From Geopsychrobacteraceae bacterium (GTDB lineage: Bacteria > Desulfobacterota > Desulfuromonadia > Desulfuromonadales > Geopsychrobacteraceae): a stretch of DNA of 64,000 nucleotides. Made by a program: the position numbers and the translations under genes. Position 1 is the first letter of the stretch; the number at the start of each line of letters is the position of its first letter. Location: assembly GCA_963662315.1 (NCBI GenBank), contig OY759353.1:4320001-4384000 (forward strand), in the 5' to 3' direction. Positions 1 to 11,492 of the stretch are shown piece after piece. The notes below the pieces were generated by a model. It did no database searches. It saw only the letters and a list, made by a program, of their open reading frames with translations, and was not told where the DNA came from.

Positions 1-216
1 GAAGAGTGCCGCCCCGTGCAGATTGACTGTTGTTGAGCTGCTTATCTTGTCTGCCCTTGGAACCACATGGTTTATTTGGCTACTTCTCTTCAAAAAACGC
101 TTTGTTAGTGATTTTTCCTCATGAGCTTGTTATTGTAACCGACTGAACTTTCTATTGAACCTGACTCCGGTTGTGTCCTCTATGTCCGGATTTGGCTGAT
201 AAGTTGTTGGAATAAC

Positions 217-804
217 ATGCTGTTAATGATCGATAATTACGACTCCTTCACCTATAACCTGGTTCAGTATTTTCTCGAACTGGGGCAGTATGTCAAGGTG
301 GTGCGTAATGATCAGGTGACTCTGGACGACATTGCTGAGCTTGCCCCAGATTATCTGGTTATCTCTCCGGGCCCGGGTACGCCGTCCCAGGCGGGAATTT
401 CCATTGCCGCAATTGAACGCTTTGCCGGAAAAATTCCACTGCTCGGGATTTGCCTGGGGCATCAGGCTATTGTAGAGGCCTGCGGTGGCCGGGTGGTACG
501 GGCCTCGCAGCTGATGCATGGTAAAACCAGCTCGATTTATCACGATGGGAGCCTCTTGTTTACCGGGATGTCTGACCCGTTTACGGCAACTCGTTACCAC
601 TCGCTGATTGCCGAACGTGAAAGCTTTCCGGCGTGTCTGAAAATGACGGCCTGGACTGCAGAGGATGAGATCATGGGCCTGGAGCATCGCGATTTATCTG
701 TCTGGGGTGTTCAGTTTCATCCAGAATCTATTTTATCCAGTGAGGGGAAAAATCTGCTCACAAATTACCTCAATGCGTCCGTTATGAGTGGAGAGCGATT
801 ATGA
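217..804 (+). CDS. trpG: Anthranilate synthase component II (glutamine amidotransferase)
   Basis: [29 protein letters not shown] and GVQFHPES motifs; overlaps trpD start. Confidence 0.93.
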   Translation: MLLMIDNYDSFTYNLVQYFLELGQYVKVVRNDQVTLDDIAELAPDYLVISPGPGTPSQAGISIAAIERFAGKIPLLGICLGHQAIVEACGGRVVRASQLMHGKTSSIYHDGSLLFTGMSDPFTATRYHSLIAERESFPACLKMTAWTAEDEIMGLEHRDLSVWGVQFHPESILSSEGKNLLTNYLNASVMSGERL

Positions 805-1850
805 TCAAGGAAGCAATAGCTAAGCTGGTTGAGCGCCAGGATCTCAACGAGATGGAAATGATTGATGCCATGAACCAGATTATGGGCGGTGAGGCGACCC
901 CTGCCCAGATCGGGGCTTTTATCACGGCTTTACGTATGAAGGGGGAAACCATTCCCGAGATCATTGGTGCGGCGCGGGTGATGCGCGCTCATGCGACCCC
1001 GATCCGGGTCGGGGATGTTGTTGATATTGACCGTGATGATATCAATATCGACCGCGAGACCATTCTGGATACCTGCGGTACCGGTGGCAGTGGAACACGC
1101 AGCTTTAATATTTCGACAACGGTTGCCCTTATTGTCGCCGCCTGTGGAGGGAAAGTCGCCAAGCACGGCAACCGCAGTGTTTCTTCATCCTGCGGTAGTG
1201 CCGATGTTCTTGAGCAGCTGGGGGTGAAACTTGATGTCGCTCCGGAATTGGTCGCCGAGTGTATCAATGAAATCGGTGTCGGTTTTCTGTTCGCCCCGGC
1301 TCTGCATGGAGCGATGAAATACGCTATTGGTCCGCGCCGCGAAATCGGCATACGCACGATCTTCAATGTTCTCGGTCCTCTGACGAACCCGGCTGGGGCC
1401 AACCGCCAGGTGCTGGGCGTCTATCGGGAAGATTTGGTGGAACCGTTGGCTAAGGTTCTGCTGAGTCTGGGGTGCCGACGCGGCTTTGTGGTTCACGGCA
1501 GTGACGGGATGGACGAGATTACCCTGACCGGACCAACCCTGGTTGCTGCAATTAGCGGCAATGCCGTTGATATTCAGACGATAGAGCCGGAGCAGTTTGG
1601 TTTTAAACGCTGCTCGCTGGCCGAATTGCAGGGGGGGGATGCGGCAGAAAATGCCGGTATTGTCACCGCAATTCTGACCGGTGAGACTGGTCCCAAACGG
1701 GATATCGTGCTGTTGAACAGTGCCTATGCCCTGGTTGCTGCAGGGTTGGCGGAAAATGTTGATAGCGGGATAGAACTGGCGAGCGACAGTATTGACAGTG
1801 GCCGGGCCAAGGCCACTCTTGACGATCTGATACGGATGACGAATCAATGA
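801..1850 (+). CDS. trpD: Anthranilate phosphoribosyltransferase
   Basis: [28 protein letters not shown] motifs. Confidence 0.97.
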   Translation: MIKEAIAKLVERQDLNEMEMIDAMNQIMGGEATPAQIGAFITALRMKGETIPEIIGAARVMRAHATPIRVGDVVDIDRDDINIDRETILDTCGTGGSGTRSFNISTTVALIVAACGGKVAKHGNRSVSSSCGSADVLEQLGVKLDVAPELVAECINEIGVGFLFAPALHGAMKYAIGPRREIGIRTIFNVLGPLTNPAGANRQVLGVYREDLVEPLAKVLLSLGCRRGFVVHGSDGMDEITLTGPTLVAAISGNAVDIQTIEPEQFGFKRCSLAELQGGDAAENAGIVTAILTGETGPKRDIVLLNSAYALVAAGLAENVDSGIELASDSIDSGRAKATLDDLIRMTNQ

Positions 1851-2641
1851 TCCTTGAACGTATTTTAGAAACGAAAAAGCAGGAAGTTGCAGCGGCGAAA
1901 AGTCGCATGTCATGCGCCGATCAGATGGCCCGTATCGGTGATCTGGAAGACCAGCCCCGCGGTTTTGCCCGGGCGCTGCGGACCATGCGCGATTCAGGCG
2001 GCACTGCCCTGATAACCGAAGTAAAAAAAGCGTCACCATCCAAGGGGATTATTCGTGCGGATTTTGATCCCCTCGCCATCGCTGAAATTTATCAGGATCA
2101 TGGTGCCACCTGCCTGTCGGTACTGACAGACGAACAGTTTTTTCAGGGCCACCTGCGCTACCTGGCCCTGATCCGTGAGCAGGTGTCGCTTCCCTTGCTG
2201 CGTAAGGATTTTATTATCGACCCCTATCAGGTGTATGAAGCTCGTGCCGCAGGAGCTGATGCTATTTTGCTGATCGCTGCGGCTCTGGATGATGGTCAGA
2301 TGGCAGATCTGGCCGGGTTGGCTGCCGAACAACGGCTCGATACCTTGCTCGAGGTGCATGATGAGGAAGAACTGGAACGGGCGCTTAAGGTTTCGGTTGA
2401 CCTGATAGGGATTAACAACCGTAACCTGAAAACCTTTGTCACCGACCTTGGTGTAACAGAGCGGCTGGCCGGCAGGATACCACCGCAACAGCTGGCGATT
2501 GCCGAGAGCGGAATTAATACCCGCGCCGATATCGAGCGTCTGCAACAGGCCGGGGCCGGAGCTTTTCTGATTGGCGAGAGTCTGATGCGCGAAACGGATA
2601 TCGGGGCCAAAATGCAAACGCTGCTGGGGATTACGGACTGA
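1847..2641 (+). CDS. trpC: Indole-3-glycerol phosphate synthase
   Basis: [33 protein letters not shown] motifs. Confidence 0.97.
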   Translation: MILERILETKKQEVAAAKSRMSCADQMARIGDLEDQPRGFARALRTMRDSGGTALITEVKKASPSKGIIRADFDPLAIAEIYQDHGATCLSVLTDEQFFQGHLRYLALIREQVSLPLLRKDFIIDPYQVYEARAAGADAILLIAAALDDGQMADLAGLAAEQRLDTLLEVHDEEELERALKVSVDLIGINNRNLKTFVTDLGVTERLAGRIPPQQLAIAESGINTRADIERLQQAGAGAFLIGESLMRETDIGAKMQTLLGITD

Positions 2642-2642
2642 T

Positions 2643-3260
2643 ATGCAGACGCCGCGAATCAAGATATGTGGCATTACCTCGGCTGCAGATGCGCTTGCTG
2701 TTGTTGCTGCGGGTGCGGATGCCCTGGGGTTTGTTTTTTATGATAAAAGCCCCCGCTGTGTGAGTGTGGCTACGGTTGCCGATATTGTTGGCGTATTGCC
2801 CCCCTTCGTGACGACTGTTGGCCTGTTTGTCAATGCCGATCGGCACGTAATTAAGGAGACCATGCTGAACGCACGCCTTGATGTCGTTCAACTGCATGGT
2901 GATGAGCAGCCGCACGATTGTCATCTGGCTCCGTGGCGCACCATAAAGGCTCTGCGGGTCAAAGATACAGATTCTTTGAACGGTGCTGCGGACTATCCGG
3001 TTTCGGCATTGCTTCTGGATGCCTGGAGTGACGAGGCTTACGGTGGTACCGGGCATCGGTTCGACTGGCAGTTGGTCCAGCAATTGAATGTCAACCGGCC
3101 GGTTATTCTGGCTGGTGGCTTAACGCCGGACAATGTGGCCACCGCAGTTGCGACGGTCAGACCCTATGGTGTGGATGTCTCAAGTGGCGTGGAGCTGAGC
3201 CCGGGATGCAAAGATATCGCTAAAGTCAGAAAATTTATCAAGCAGGTGAGGAACGCATGA
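2643..3260 (+). CDS. trpF: Phosphoribosylanthranilate isomerase
   Basis: [32 protein letters not shown] motifs. Confidence 0.97.
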   Translation: MQTPRIKICGITSAADALAVVAAGADALGFVFYDKSPRCVSVATVADIVGVLPPFVTTVGLFVNADRHVIKETMLNARLDVVQLHGDEQPHDCHLAPWRTIKALRVKDTDSLNGAADYPVSALLLDAWSDEAYGGTGHRFDWQLVQQLNVNRPVILAGGLTPDNVATAVATVRPYGVDVSSGVELSPGCKDIAKVRKFIKQVRNA

Positions 3261-4453
3261 ATTATACCTATCCGGATGGAAAAGGTCATTTCGGGATCTA
3301 TGGCGGACGTTATGTCGCGGAAACGCTGATGCCCGCCCTGCTCGAGCTGGAGCAGGCCTACGCTGAGGCGCAGAAGGATCCTGAGTTTTATCGTGAATTT
3401 GAGTATTACCTGAAAAATTATGTCGGTCGTCCCAGTCCGCTTTATTATGCCGAACGGCTGAGCAAAGAGCTTGGCGGGGCTAAAATATACCTGAAACGGG
3501 AAGACCTGAACCATACTGGTGCCCACAAGGTTAACAATACCGTTGGGCAGATTCTGCTGGCGCGGCGCATGGGGAAAAAGAAGGTTATTGCCGAGACCGG
3601 GGCCGGGCAGCACGGCGTGGCAACGGCAACCGTTGCTGCTCTGTTCGGTATGGAATGTGAAATTTTCATGGGGAAGGAGGACATTCGCCGCCAATCTCTG
3701 AATGTTTTCCGTATGCGTCTGCTCGGCGCCAAGGTGCGGGAATGTACCAGTGGAACCGCAACCCTGAAAGATGCCATGAATGACGCTTTACGCCACTGGG
3801 TCACCCATGTGCGCGACACCTTCTACGTTATCGGAACGGTAGCCGGACCCCATCCCTACCCGCAGCTGGTGCGTGATTTCCAGTCGATTATTGGTAGCGA
3901 GGCAAAGGAACAGCTGCAGGAAGCTGAAGGTAAATTGCCGGATGTCGCGGTGGCCTGTATCGGTGGTGGTTCCAACGCCATGGGGCTGTTCTACCCCTTT
4001 ATTAAGGATACCTCTGTGCGTTTGCTGGGCGTGGAAGCGGCTGGCTTCGGTGTTGAAACCGGTAAGCATGCGGCGTCTATTTCTGCCGGACTGCCTGGTG
4101 TTCTGCATGGTAACAAAACCTATCTGTTGCAGGATGAGGACGGCCAGATTCAGCATGCCCACTCCATATCGGCCGGACTTGATTACCCGGGTGTCGGACC
4201 TGAACACTCTCATCTGAACGATATTAAACGTGCCGAGTACGTTTCTATAACGGATGATGAAGCGCTCGACGGCTTCCTGAAACTAACCCGCATTGAAGGA
4301 ATTATTCCCGCCCTGGAAAGTGCCCATGCGATCGCCCAGGTGGTTAATCTGGCTCCGACCATGGCCAAGGACCAGATCATCCTGGTATGTCTGTCGGGTC
4401 GCGGGGATAAGGATATCCATACTGTTGCTGATGCAATGAAAGTTGAACTGTAA
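3257..4453 (+). CDS. trpB: Tryptophan synthase beta chain
   Basis: [12 protein letters not shown] (PLP lysine), [23 protein letters not shown]. Confidence 0.98.
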   Translation: MNYTYPDGKGHFGIYGGRYVAETLMPALLELEQAYAEAQKDPEFYREFEYYLKNYVGRPSPLYYAERLSKELGGAKIYLKREDLNHTGAHKVNNTVGQILLARRMGKKKVIAETGAGQHGVATATVAALFGMECEIFMGKEDIRRQSLNVFRMRLLGAKVRECTSGTATLKDAMNDALRHWVTHVRDTFYVIGTVAGPHPYPQLVRDFQSIIGSEAKEQLQEAEGKLPDVAVACIGGGSNAMGLFYPFIKDTSVRLLGVEAAGFGVETGKHAASISAGLPGVLHGNKTYLLQDEDGQIQHAHSISAGLDYPGVGPEHSHLNDIKRAEYVSITDDEALDGFLKLTRIEGIIPALESAHAIAQVVNLAPTMAKDQIILVCLSGRGDKDIHTVADAMKVEL

Positions 4454-5772
4454 TGAAATTTTCTGAACTGCCGCTGCCGGATGTGGTACAGCAGGGGATT
4501 GTTGCCGCTGGCTTTGAAACCTTGACGCCCGTGCAGCAGGAATCGATTCCGTTGGCCCTTAAAGGGAAAGATGTTGCCGCACAGGCGCAGACCGGTACCG
4601 GGAAGACGGCGGCATTCCTGATTTCGCTGTTTTGCCGCTTGCTGTCCTCCAGCAAAACGACGGATAATAATCCGCGCGCCCTGGTCATGGCCCCAACCCG
4701 TGAGCTGGTGGTGCAGATCTGCAAGGATGCCGAGACCCTCGGACGGTTTACCAATCTGAAGGTGCAGCCGATCTTTGGTGGTGTCGATTATGAGAAGCAG
4801 CGCCAGGCTCTTAAGGATGGCGTGGATATTATCGTTGCGACACCCGGGCGCCTGATCGATTACTACAAACAAAAAGTTTTTTCCCTTAAGCGGGTCGAAG
4901 CGTTGGTGATTGATGAAGCGGATCGCATGTTCGATATGGGCTTTATCAAGGATCTGCGTTACCTGCTGCGTAAACTTCCCCCGTTTGAAAAACGCCAGAC
5001 CATGCTCTTTTCGGCAACCCTGTCTTCGCAGGTCATGGAACTGGCTTACGAGTTTATGGATCTTGCGGAACGCGTAGAGATTGCTCCAAAGCAGGTTGCC
5101 GCTGAAAATATTGAGCAGATTCTTTACCATGTCGGGCGTCATGAGAAGTTTGCACTGCTTATGGGGCTCTTGAAGCGGGAGGCCGACAACGCTGAACGGG
5201 TGATGCTGTTTGTCAACACCAAAGCGGAAGGGGAGCGCCTGGATGCTTTGCTTCAGGCCAACGGTATTGCCAGCGCTGTTTTGTCAGGTGATATCCCGCA
5301 GAAAAAGCGGATGCGAATTCTGGACCAGTTCAAGCTGGGGAGCCTGACGCATCTGGTGGCCACCGATGTCGCGTCTCGGGGAATTCATGTTGATGGTGTG
5401 ACCCATGTCATCAATTATGATCTGCCTCAGGACCGGGAAGATTATGTGCACCGTATCGGTCGTACCGCACGCGCCGGTGCCAGTGGCCTGGCCATCAGTT
5501 TTGCTGATGAAGAGACCGTTTACGTCATTGCCGATATCGAAGATTATATGGGGTTTCCCATCCCCAGCGAAATGCCCTTGGATGAAGATTTCGACTTTGA
5601 TTTCAAGCGGGCTTCGGCCAAACGCAAAAAGCCGCAACCGCCACCGCCTGAGAAAAGCGGGGCACCCAAACGGCGTAAAAGAAAGCGGCGGCCGAAAAGC
5701 AAAAAGCCGCAAGCCGAGGGTGCCCAGAAGCAGGGGGCAGATGCCTCGGGCTCAAAAGAGACGCCTTCCTGA
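4453..5772 (+). CDS. DEAD-box ATP-dependent RNA helicase (RhlB/RhlE-like) with basic C-terminal tail
   Basis: AQTGTGKT, PTREL, DEAD, SAT, YVHRIGRTAR motifs. Confidence 0.93.
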   Translation: MKFSELPLPDVVQQGIVAAGFETLTPVQQESIPLALKGKDVAAQAQTGTGKTAAFLISLFCRLLSSSKTTDNNPRALVMAPTRELVVQICKDAETLGRFTNLKVQPIFGGVDYEKQRQALKDGVDIIVATPGRLIDYYKQKVFSLKRVEALVIDEADRMFDMGFIKDLRYLLRKLPPFEKRQTMLFSATLSSQVMELAYEFMDLAERVEIAPKQVAAENIEQILYHVGRHEKFALLMGLLKREADNAERVMLFVNTKAEGERLDALLQANGIASAVLSGDIPQKKRMRILDQFKLGSLTHLVATDVASRGIHVDGVTHVINYDLPQDREDYVHRIGRTARAGASGLAISFADEETVYVIADIEDYMGFPIPSEMPLDEDFDFDFKRASAKRKKPQPPPPEKSGAPKRRKRKRRPKSKKPQAEGAQKQGADASGSKETPS

Positions 5773-5931
5773 TACTGTTTTGCTGGGATTAGAAAAGGAT
5801 TGAAATGAGATAGGGGAGTGGCTAAACTGATGGCTTTATGCAAGCTGTCAAGCTGGCCGTGACTGAATAAACGACGATGTTCCTTCTGGAAGCGGGTTGT
5901 CTCCGGCCGGAAACTGTATTGAGCGGGGCTT

Positions 5932-6738
5932 ATGTCTAGAATAGAAACAGTTTTTTCGCAACTTAAAGAGCGCGGTGAAAAGGCGCTTATCCCTTTTATA
6001 ACTGCCGGTGATCCAGATCTGGCAACGACGGCCAAGTTGATTCCGGCACTGGCTCAGGCCGGGGCAGATGTTATTGAGCTTGGCGTGCCGTTTTCTGACC
6101 CGATGGCGGATGGACCCACCATCCAGGCGGCCTCGGAACGGGCCCTGGCAAATGGGGTGACCCAGGAAAAAATTCTTGCCATGGTTGCCGAGGTGCGACG
6201 TGAAACGGAGGTGCCCATCGTCCTGATGGGTTATTATAATCCGATTTATCGCTATGGCGCTGAACGTTTTACCAAAGACGCCGCGGTTGCCGGGGTTGAT
6301 GGTCTGCTGATCGTTGATCTGCCGCCGGAAGAAGCCGGGGAGATTACTGATGCCATGACCGCTTCCGGTCTTGACCTGATCACCCTGTTGGCCCCGACGA
6401 CACCATTTGAACGTATGCAGCGCCTGGCTGCGGAGGCTAAAGGGTATTTGTATTACGTTTCAATGACAGGGGTGACCGGGGCACAGAAAATTGCTCCGGA
6501 AGATATCCGTATGGCGGTTTCGGCTCTTAAGGATATGACGACCGTTCCGGTTGGAGTCGGTTTTGGTATCACCACGGCAGAGGATGCCGCTTCGGTCGGT
6601 GAATTTGCCGATGGCGTGGTTGTTGGCAGCGCCTTGGTAAAATTGATTCATGAATATGCCGATCGTCCCGAACTGTTAGAAAAAGTTGGCGGATTTATTT
6701 CACAGCTCAAGTCAGGGCTTCTACCCGCAGCAAACTAA
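5932..6738 (+). CDS. trpA: Tryptophan synthase alpha chain
   Basis: ELGVPFSDPMADGPTIQ, GVTG, GFGI, DGVVVGSA. Confidence 0.97.
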   Translation: MSRIETVFSQLKERGEKALIPFITAGDPDLATTAKLIPALAQAGADVIELGVPFSDPMADGPTIQAASERALANGVTQEKILAMVAEVRRETEVPIVLMGYYNPIYRYGAERFTKDAAVAGVDGLLIVDLPPEEAGEITDAMTASGLDLITLLAPTTPFERMQRLAAEAKGYLYYVSMTGVTGAQKIAPEDIRMAVSALKDMTTVPVGVGFGITTAEDAASVGEFADGVVVGSALVKLIHEYADRPELLEKVGGFISQLKSGLLPAAN

Positions 6739-6809
6739 TGCGGTTTTACCGTTGTTTGATGCTTCACACCTCATAGTGATGTAGGTGCATACAATAAAAA
6801 GGATAATCC

Positions 6810-7658
6810 ATGGTCTGGTTTCGGAAAAAGCAAGCGGTTACCGTTTCCACGGAAAAAAAGAATGTTCAGGTTCCTGCGGGGGTCTGGTCAAAATGCAAGA
6901 ACTGCCAGGAAATTATTTACGCCAAGGAGATTGAGCGTAATCTGAATGTCTGTCCGAAGTGTGATTATCACTTCCGCATTGGAGCCCGTGAACGGATCGC
7001 GCAGATACTCGATGACGGCACCTTTGCCGAGATGGACGCCAGCATGCGTTCCGTTGACTTTCTCGATTTTAAGGATTCCAAACGCTACAAAGAGCGTATC
7101 AAGGCGGCGGTCAAAAAAGCGGGTGATGGCGATGCCGTTATCTGTGGTGAGGGGAGCCTTGACGGTATTCCCGTTGTCGTCGCTGTCTTTGATTTCTCGT
7201 TTATGGGTGGCAGTATGGGGGCTGTTGTTGGTGAAAAAATTACCCGTGCCATCGAAAAAGGCTTGGAAACCAATGCGCCTGTGCTGATCTTTTCATCGTC
7301 TGGTGGTGCCCGGATGCAGGAGAGTATCCTGTCGCTGATGCAAATGGCCAAAACCAGTGCCGCTTTAGCCAAGCTGAAAGCCGCCGGAATTCCCTATATT
7401 TCCGTTTTGACCGATCCGACAACCGGTGGCGTTACGGCAAGTTTCGCCATGCTGGGAGACTTGAACATCGCTGAACCGCGGGCATTAATCGGGTTTGCCG
7501 GACCGCGGGTTATTGAGCAGACGATTCGCCAAACCTTGCCGGAAGGGTTTCAGCGTTCGGAATATCTGCTTGAACATGGCATGATCGACATGATTGTGCA
7601 GCGTAAGGAAATGAAGCAGAAGCTGGCTCAGATTCTGCGAATCTTTTTGAAACAATAA
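6810..7658 (+). CDS. accD: Acetyl-CoA carboxylase carboxyltransferase beta subunit
   Basis: CxxC...CxxC zinc finger, [24 protein letters not shown]. Confidence 0.97.
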   Translation: MVWFRKKQAVTVSTEKKNVQVPAGVWSKCKNCQEIIYAKEIERNLNVCPKCDYHFRIGARERIAQILDDGTFAEMDASMRSVDFLDFKDSKRYKERIKAAVKKAGDGDAVICGEGSLDGIPVVVAVFDFSFMGGSMGAVVGEKITRAIEKGLETNAPVLIFSSSGGARMQESILSLMQMAKTSAALAKLKAAGIPYISVLTDPTTGGVTASFAMLGDLNIAEPRALIGFAGPRVIEQTIRQTLPEGFQRSEYLLEHGMIDMIVQRKEMKQKLAQILRIFLKQ

Positions 7659-7665
7659 TCAAGTA

Positions 7666-8952
7666 ATGACGAAAAGTTATCAGGAGAGTCTCGATTACCT
7701 GTTCTCTCTGCAGTTTTTTGGCATTAAGCTTGGGCTGGACAATATCCGCAGTTTGCTTGACCGGGTTGGTAATCCGCAGCAGCAGCTGCGGATTATTCAT
7801 GTGGCCGGGACCAATGGTAAAGGCTCAACCAGTGCCGCCTTAACCAGCATTCTGCATGCTGCTGGTTTTAAGACCGGTCTGTATACTTCTCCTCATCTCC
7901 ATAGCTTTACCGAGCGCATTCGGGTCAATACCAGGCAGATCAGTGAGGCTGAAGTTGTTGCCCTGATTGACACATTCCGACCCCACGCCGAACAGCTGAA
8001 AGCGACGTTTTTTGAAGTGACCACCGCCATGGCCCTATTGTGCTTTGCGCAACAGCAGGTCGACTGGGTTGTGCTTGAGACAGGCATGGGGGGGCGCCTG
8101 GATGCGACCAATGTCGTGGGGCCGGAACTGTCGATCATAACGCCAGTCGCTTTTGACCATGCCGGGTATCTGGGGGATTCCATTGCGGCTATCGCTGCTG
8201 AAAAAGTGGGTATTGTCAAGCCGGGGGTTCCGGTGGTCTGCGCCGCTCAGGACCCCGAAGCAGCGGACGTGATTCAGCAGGTATGCCGTGACCTTGGCAG
8301 CCCGTTGATCGTCGCTGGCAAAGATTTCGAGACACTCATTGCTGCTGATGGAGAGCATTTTAGTGTTGCTGAGGCCGGGCATGTTTCTGGCCCGTTCATG
8401 ACCTTTTTGCCTGGCTGCCATCAATGGCAGAACCTGGCCCTTGCCGTTGCCGCTGTTCATGTTCTGAAAGGCCTTGGTCTGGATGTTAGTGACGCTGCTG
8501 TCGCCACAGGCTTACGCACGTTGCGCTGGCCAGGACGGTTGGAGTGGCTGGCTGACCGGATTCTGATCGACGGGGCGCATAATTGTGCCGGAATGGCAGT
8601 GTTGACCGATTATCTGATGCGCAGCGAGATCTCCGGTGTGCATCTGATTTTTGGCTGTAAGGCCGATAAGCAGGCTGGCGCTATGCTAAGCACAATTTTA
8701 CCCTTTGTTGCACGCCTGTATATAACCATTCCTCCCGGTGTGGAGGCTGTTGATCCAACGTCGTTGCTTGAGAGCGCCCGGTCAGCCGGGGTGGTGACCG
8801 AAATATTTACACAACCTCGCGAAGCTTTAACGGCCGCACGGCAACTGCGTCAGCCTGGAGATATTATATTGATTGCCGGATCACTGTTCCTGATTGCTGA
8901 TTTGCGTGCCCAGCTGGTTGATAATCCGCATGTTTTAGACATTGTCGTCTGA
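7666..8952 (+). CDS. folC: Bifunctional folylpolyglutamate synthase/dihydrofolate synthase
   Basis: HVAGTNGKGS, YTSPHL, ETGMGGRLDATN, DGAHN. Confidence 0.96.
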   Translation: MTKSYQESLDYLFSLQFFGIKLGLDNIRSLLDRVGNPQQQLRIIHVAGTNGKGSTSAALTSILHAAGFKTGLYTSPHLHSFTERIRVNTRQISEAEVVALIDTFRPHAEQLKATFFEVTTAMALLCFAQQQVDWVVLETGMGGRLDATNVVGPELSIITPVAFDHAGYLGDSIAAIAAEKVGIVKPGVPVVCAAQDPEAADVIQQVCRDLGSPLIVAGKDFETLIAADGEHFSVAEAGHVSGPFMTFLPGCHQWQNLALAVAAVHVLKGLGLDVSDAAVATGLRTLRWPGRLEWLADRILIDGAHNCAGMAVLTDYLMRSEISGVHLIFGCKADKQAGAMLSTILPFVARLYITIPPGVEAVDPTSLLESARSAGVVTEIFTQPREALTAARQLRQPGDIILIAGSLFLIADLRAQLVDNPHVLDIVV

Positions 8953-8963
8953 CAGAATTCAAA

Positions 8964-11009
8964 ATGATGCTAAAAAAGATAGTATATCTCCAGCTCCTGA
9001 TATTTCTTGCTGCCACCGGATTGCCCGTGTTCGCTGCGGACTATGCGCAGCTGGGCGCCGCCAATGTGGCGGTTCAGTTGGAAGCCGATGAGCTGAGCTA
9101 TGATCAGAATCAGGGTCTCTACCGGGCCACTGGTAATGTGACTTTGACCCAGGGCGATTTTTCGGTCAGTGGTGACGCGCTGGAATGGAACCAGGTGTCG
9201 GGTGAGCTTCAGGCAGAAGGGGATGTCAAGCTGACATCGCCTGATGAAGAGCTCTCTGGAGACCGAGTTCATTATAATTTACAGCAAGGGACCGGTTTGA
9301 TCGAAGGAGGGCACTTTTTCCTGCGCAACCAGAACCTGCATGTCTACGGGGACCGTATTGAGCGGCGGGGCAAGTCGGATTATCGCATTTACGACGGGAC
9401 CTTTACCACCTGTGATGGTGAGGTTCCTTCGTGGAAGTTTGGCGCCAGCCAGCTTGATGTGACTCTGGGTGGCTACGCCAGTGCGAAAAATATGGTTTTT
9501 TATTTGAATAATGTCCCTTCCATGTATTTCCCCTATATGATTTACCCTGCCAAAACCGAACGGGAGTCGGGGCTGTTGGTCCCCGGTATCGGCTATTCAG
9601 ATAAGCGTGGCTTTCAGTACAGTGCCGCCTATTATCAGGTACTCGGGGTAAATCAGGATGCCACCCTGTATCTCGATTATCTGTCACAGATGGGGTTGGG
9701 GGAGGGTCTTGAATATCGCTATATCTTTGGTGCCAATAATGCCGGTGAAGCACGCTTTTATCATATTGATATCGATCAGGGCGATGAGCGCTATGCCGTA
9801 GCGTGGCGTCATGACGGGACCCTGCCGGGACAGGTTCGCTTGCTTGCTGACGTCAAATATGTGAATGATAATGATTATTTCAGTGATTTTGGCGGCATTG
9901 CCGGCGAGTACAATAAGGATAGTCTCGAATCAAAGCTGTTTTTGTCACGTCATTGGGGGCGCTACAGCTTGACCGGGCAGTTTCGCTATACCCAGGACCT
10001 GGAAACTGATGCTGACACGACATTGCAGTTACTCCCCCGCATTGTGTTTGATACGTCCCGCCAACAGGTAGACGAGACGCCATTTTATTATCGGTTTGCC
10101 TCTGAATACAGTCATTTCTGGCGCGAGGAGGGTCTGAGTGGCGAGCGTCTGATGCTACGGCCGGTTGTGGGTGCTGCGATCCCCTTGGGCCGTTATGTTG
10201 ACCTCGACAGCGAAGTTGCCTGGCGGGAGCGCTATTACTGGGGCTTGAGTGACGACAGTGATAATGACAACAGCGGCTCCGTTGAAATTTCGACCAAGCT
10301 GAGTATGGTGCCAGTGCAGAAAGAATATGTTGGCGGGCAGGGCTCTTGGCAACACTTGGTCTGGCCTGAAGTCTCTTACCGGTATGTTCCCGATGTCGAT
10401 CAGGAAAATCTTCCAGAATTTGATGCCTATGATCGCATTGCTGAAGAAAATCACCTTGAATATGCCCTGGTCCAGCGCCTGGTGAAAAGATTCACCTCGA
10501 GTGAAGGGGTGTTGCAGGTGAGGGATTTTGCTTATTTACGCTTTGGCCTGTTACATGACCTCAGAAGTGAAGAGGCAGGACAGCGGGTTACCGACCTGCG
10601 GAGCGAATTTCAGTTGTATCCCACCGAGTGGTTGTCATTACGCAGTGATGCAACCTTGGATACTGATGCCGGGCAGTGGGATAAGTTCGCTGCTGAGATC
10701 AGCCTTGATAGCGGGGCGGGAAACTCTCTTTCTGCCCGCTATCGTTATGACCGTGAAGAGGCCATTGAATATGCGGCAGCAGCTTTAAGCGTGGCTTATC
10801 TTAAACCTGTATATCTTAAATATCAGCAGCGTTATGACCTGACCACCAATTATGATCTTGAGCAGGAAGTTGCTGTTGAGTACCGGCATCAATGCTGGGG
10901 GGTCACATTGACCATGCGCGACCGTAAGGATGATCGTTCGTTTATGTTGTCCTTCAGCTTAAGTGGGCTGGGATCAGTCGGTGGAAACGGTACACCTGGC
11001 GGAATATAG
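8964..11009 (+). CDS. lptD: LPS-assembly outer membrane protein LptD
   Basis: Signal peptide, OstA-like N-domain, FTTC, aromatic beta-barrel pattern, C-terminal YRHQCW; position after folC. Confidence 0.88.
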   Translation: MMLKKIVYLQLLIFLAATGLPVFAADYAQLGAANVAVQLEADELSYDQNQGLYRATGNVTLTQGDFSVSGDALEWNQVSGELQAEGDVKLTSPDEELSGDRVHYNLQQGTGLIEGGHFFLRNQNLHVYGDRIERRGKSDYRIYDGTFTTCDGEVPSWKFGASQLDVTLGGYASAKNMVFYLNNVPSMYFPYMIYPAKTERESGLLVPGIGYSDKRGFQYSAAYYQVLGVNQDATLYLDYLSQMGLGEGLEYRYIFGANNAGEARFYHIDIDQGDERYAVAWRHDGTLPGQVRLLADVKYVNDNDYFSDFGGIAGEYNKDSLESKLFLSRHWGRYSLTGQFRYTQDLETDADTTLQLLPRIVFDTSRQQVDETPFYYRFASEYSHFWREEGLSGERLMLRPVVGAAIPLGRYVDLDSEVAWRERYYWGLSDDSDNDNSGSVEISTKLSMVPVQKEYVGGQGSWQHLVWPEVSYRYVPDVDQENLPEFDAYDRIAEENHLEYALVQRLVKRFTSSEGVLQVRDFAYLRFGLLHDLRSEEAGQRVTDLRSEFQLYPTEWLSLRSDATLDTDAGQWDKFAAEISLDSGAGNSLSARYRYDREEAIEYAAAALSVAYLKPVYLKYQQRYDLTTNYDLEQEVAVEYRHQCWGVTLTMRDRKDDRSFMLSFSLSGLGSVGGNGTPGGI

Positions 11010-11147
11010 GTTTCGCTTTGAAAGCTTGTGGGTTGTCTTAGGGGTATTGCTCTGCAACTCGTACCTAATTGCAAAAAAGAAAGTTGACCTTGCCTTAACG
11101 GCGTGCGAACCTGAACCCCAGTTACTGGTTGCAGGTGGAGTCGATAG

Positions 11148-11492
11148 TTGAGTTCTGAACAAGAAACTGAAGGATCTTCCAGTGGGCGGAAAAATGTGCT
11201 GACCCTGGCGCTGCTGGTGGTTATTTCGCTCATGTTTGTTTATGCCGTATTCGGCAACCGCGGTGTTCTGCGTATTCTTCAGGCCCAGAAGCAAAAAGCT
11301 CAGTTAGAGCAGCAGCTGACCGATCTGCAGATTGAACATGAAAAGTTGCGAGAAGAAATTGAACGTTTAAAAAACGATAAATCATATTGGGAACAGTTGG
11401 CCAGGACGAAACTTGGGATGGTCCGCGAAGGTGAGCTGATTTATCATATTCCCGATACTATTGCACAAGATAAGAGGCAAGTAAAAGAATGA
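11148..11492 (+). CDS. ftsB: Septum formation initiator FtsB/DivIC family
   Basis: One TM helix, coiled coil, EQLARTKLGMVREGE motif. Confidence 0.85.
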   Translation: MSSEQETEGSSSGRKNVLTLALLVVISLMFVYAVFGNRGVLRILQAQKQKAQLEQQLTDLQIEHEKLREEIERLKNDKSYWEQLARTKLGMVREGELIYHIPDTIAQDKRQVKE

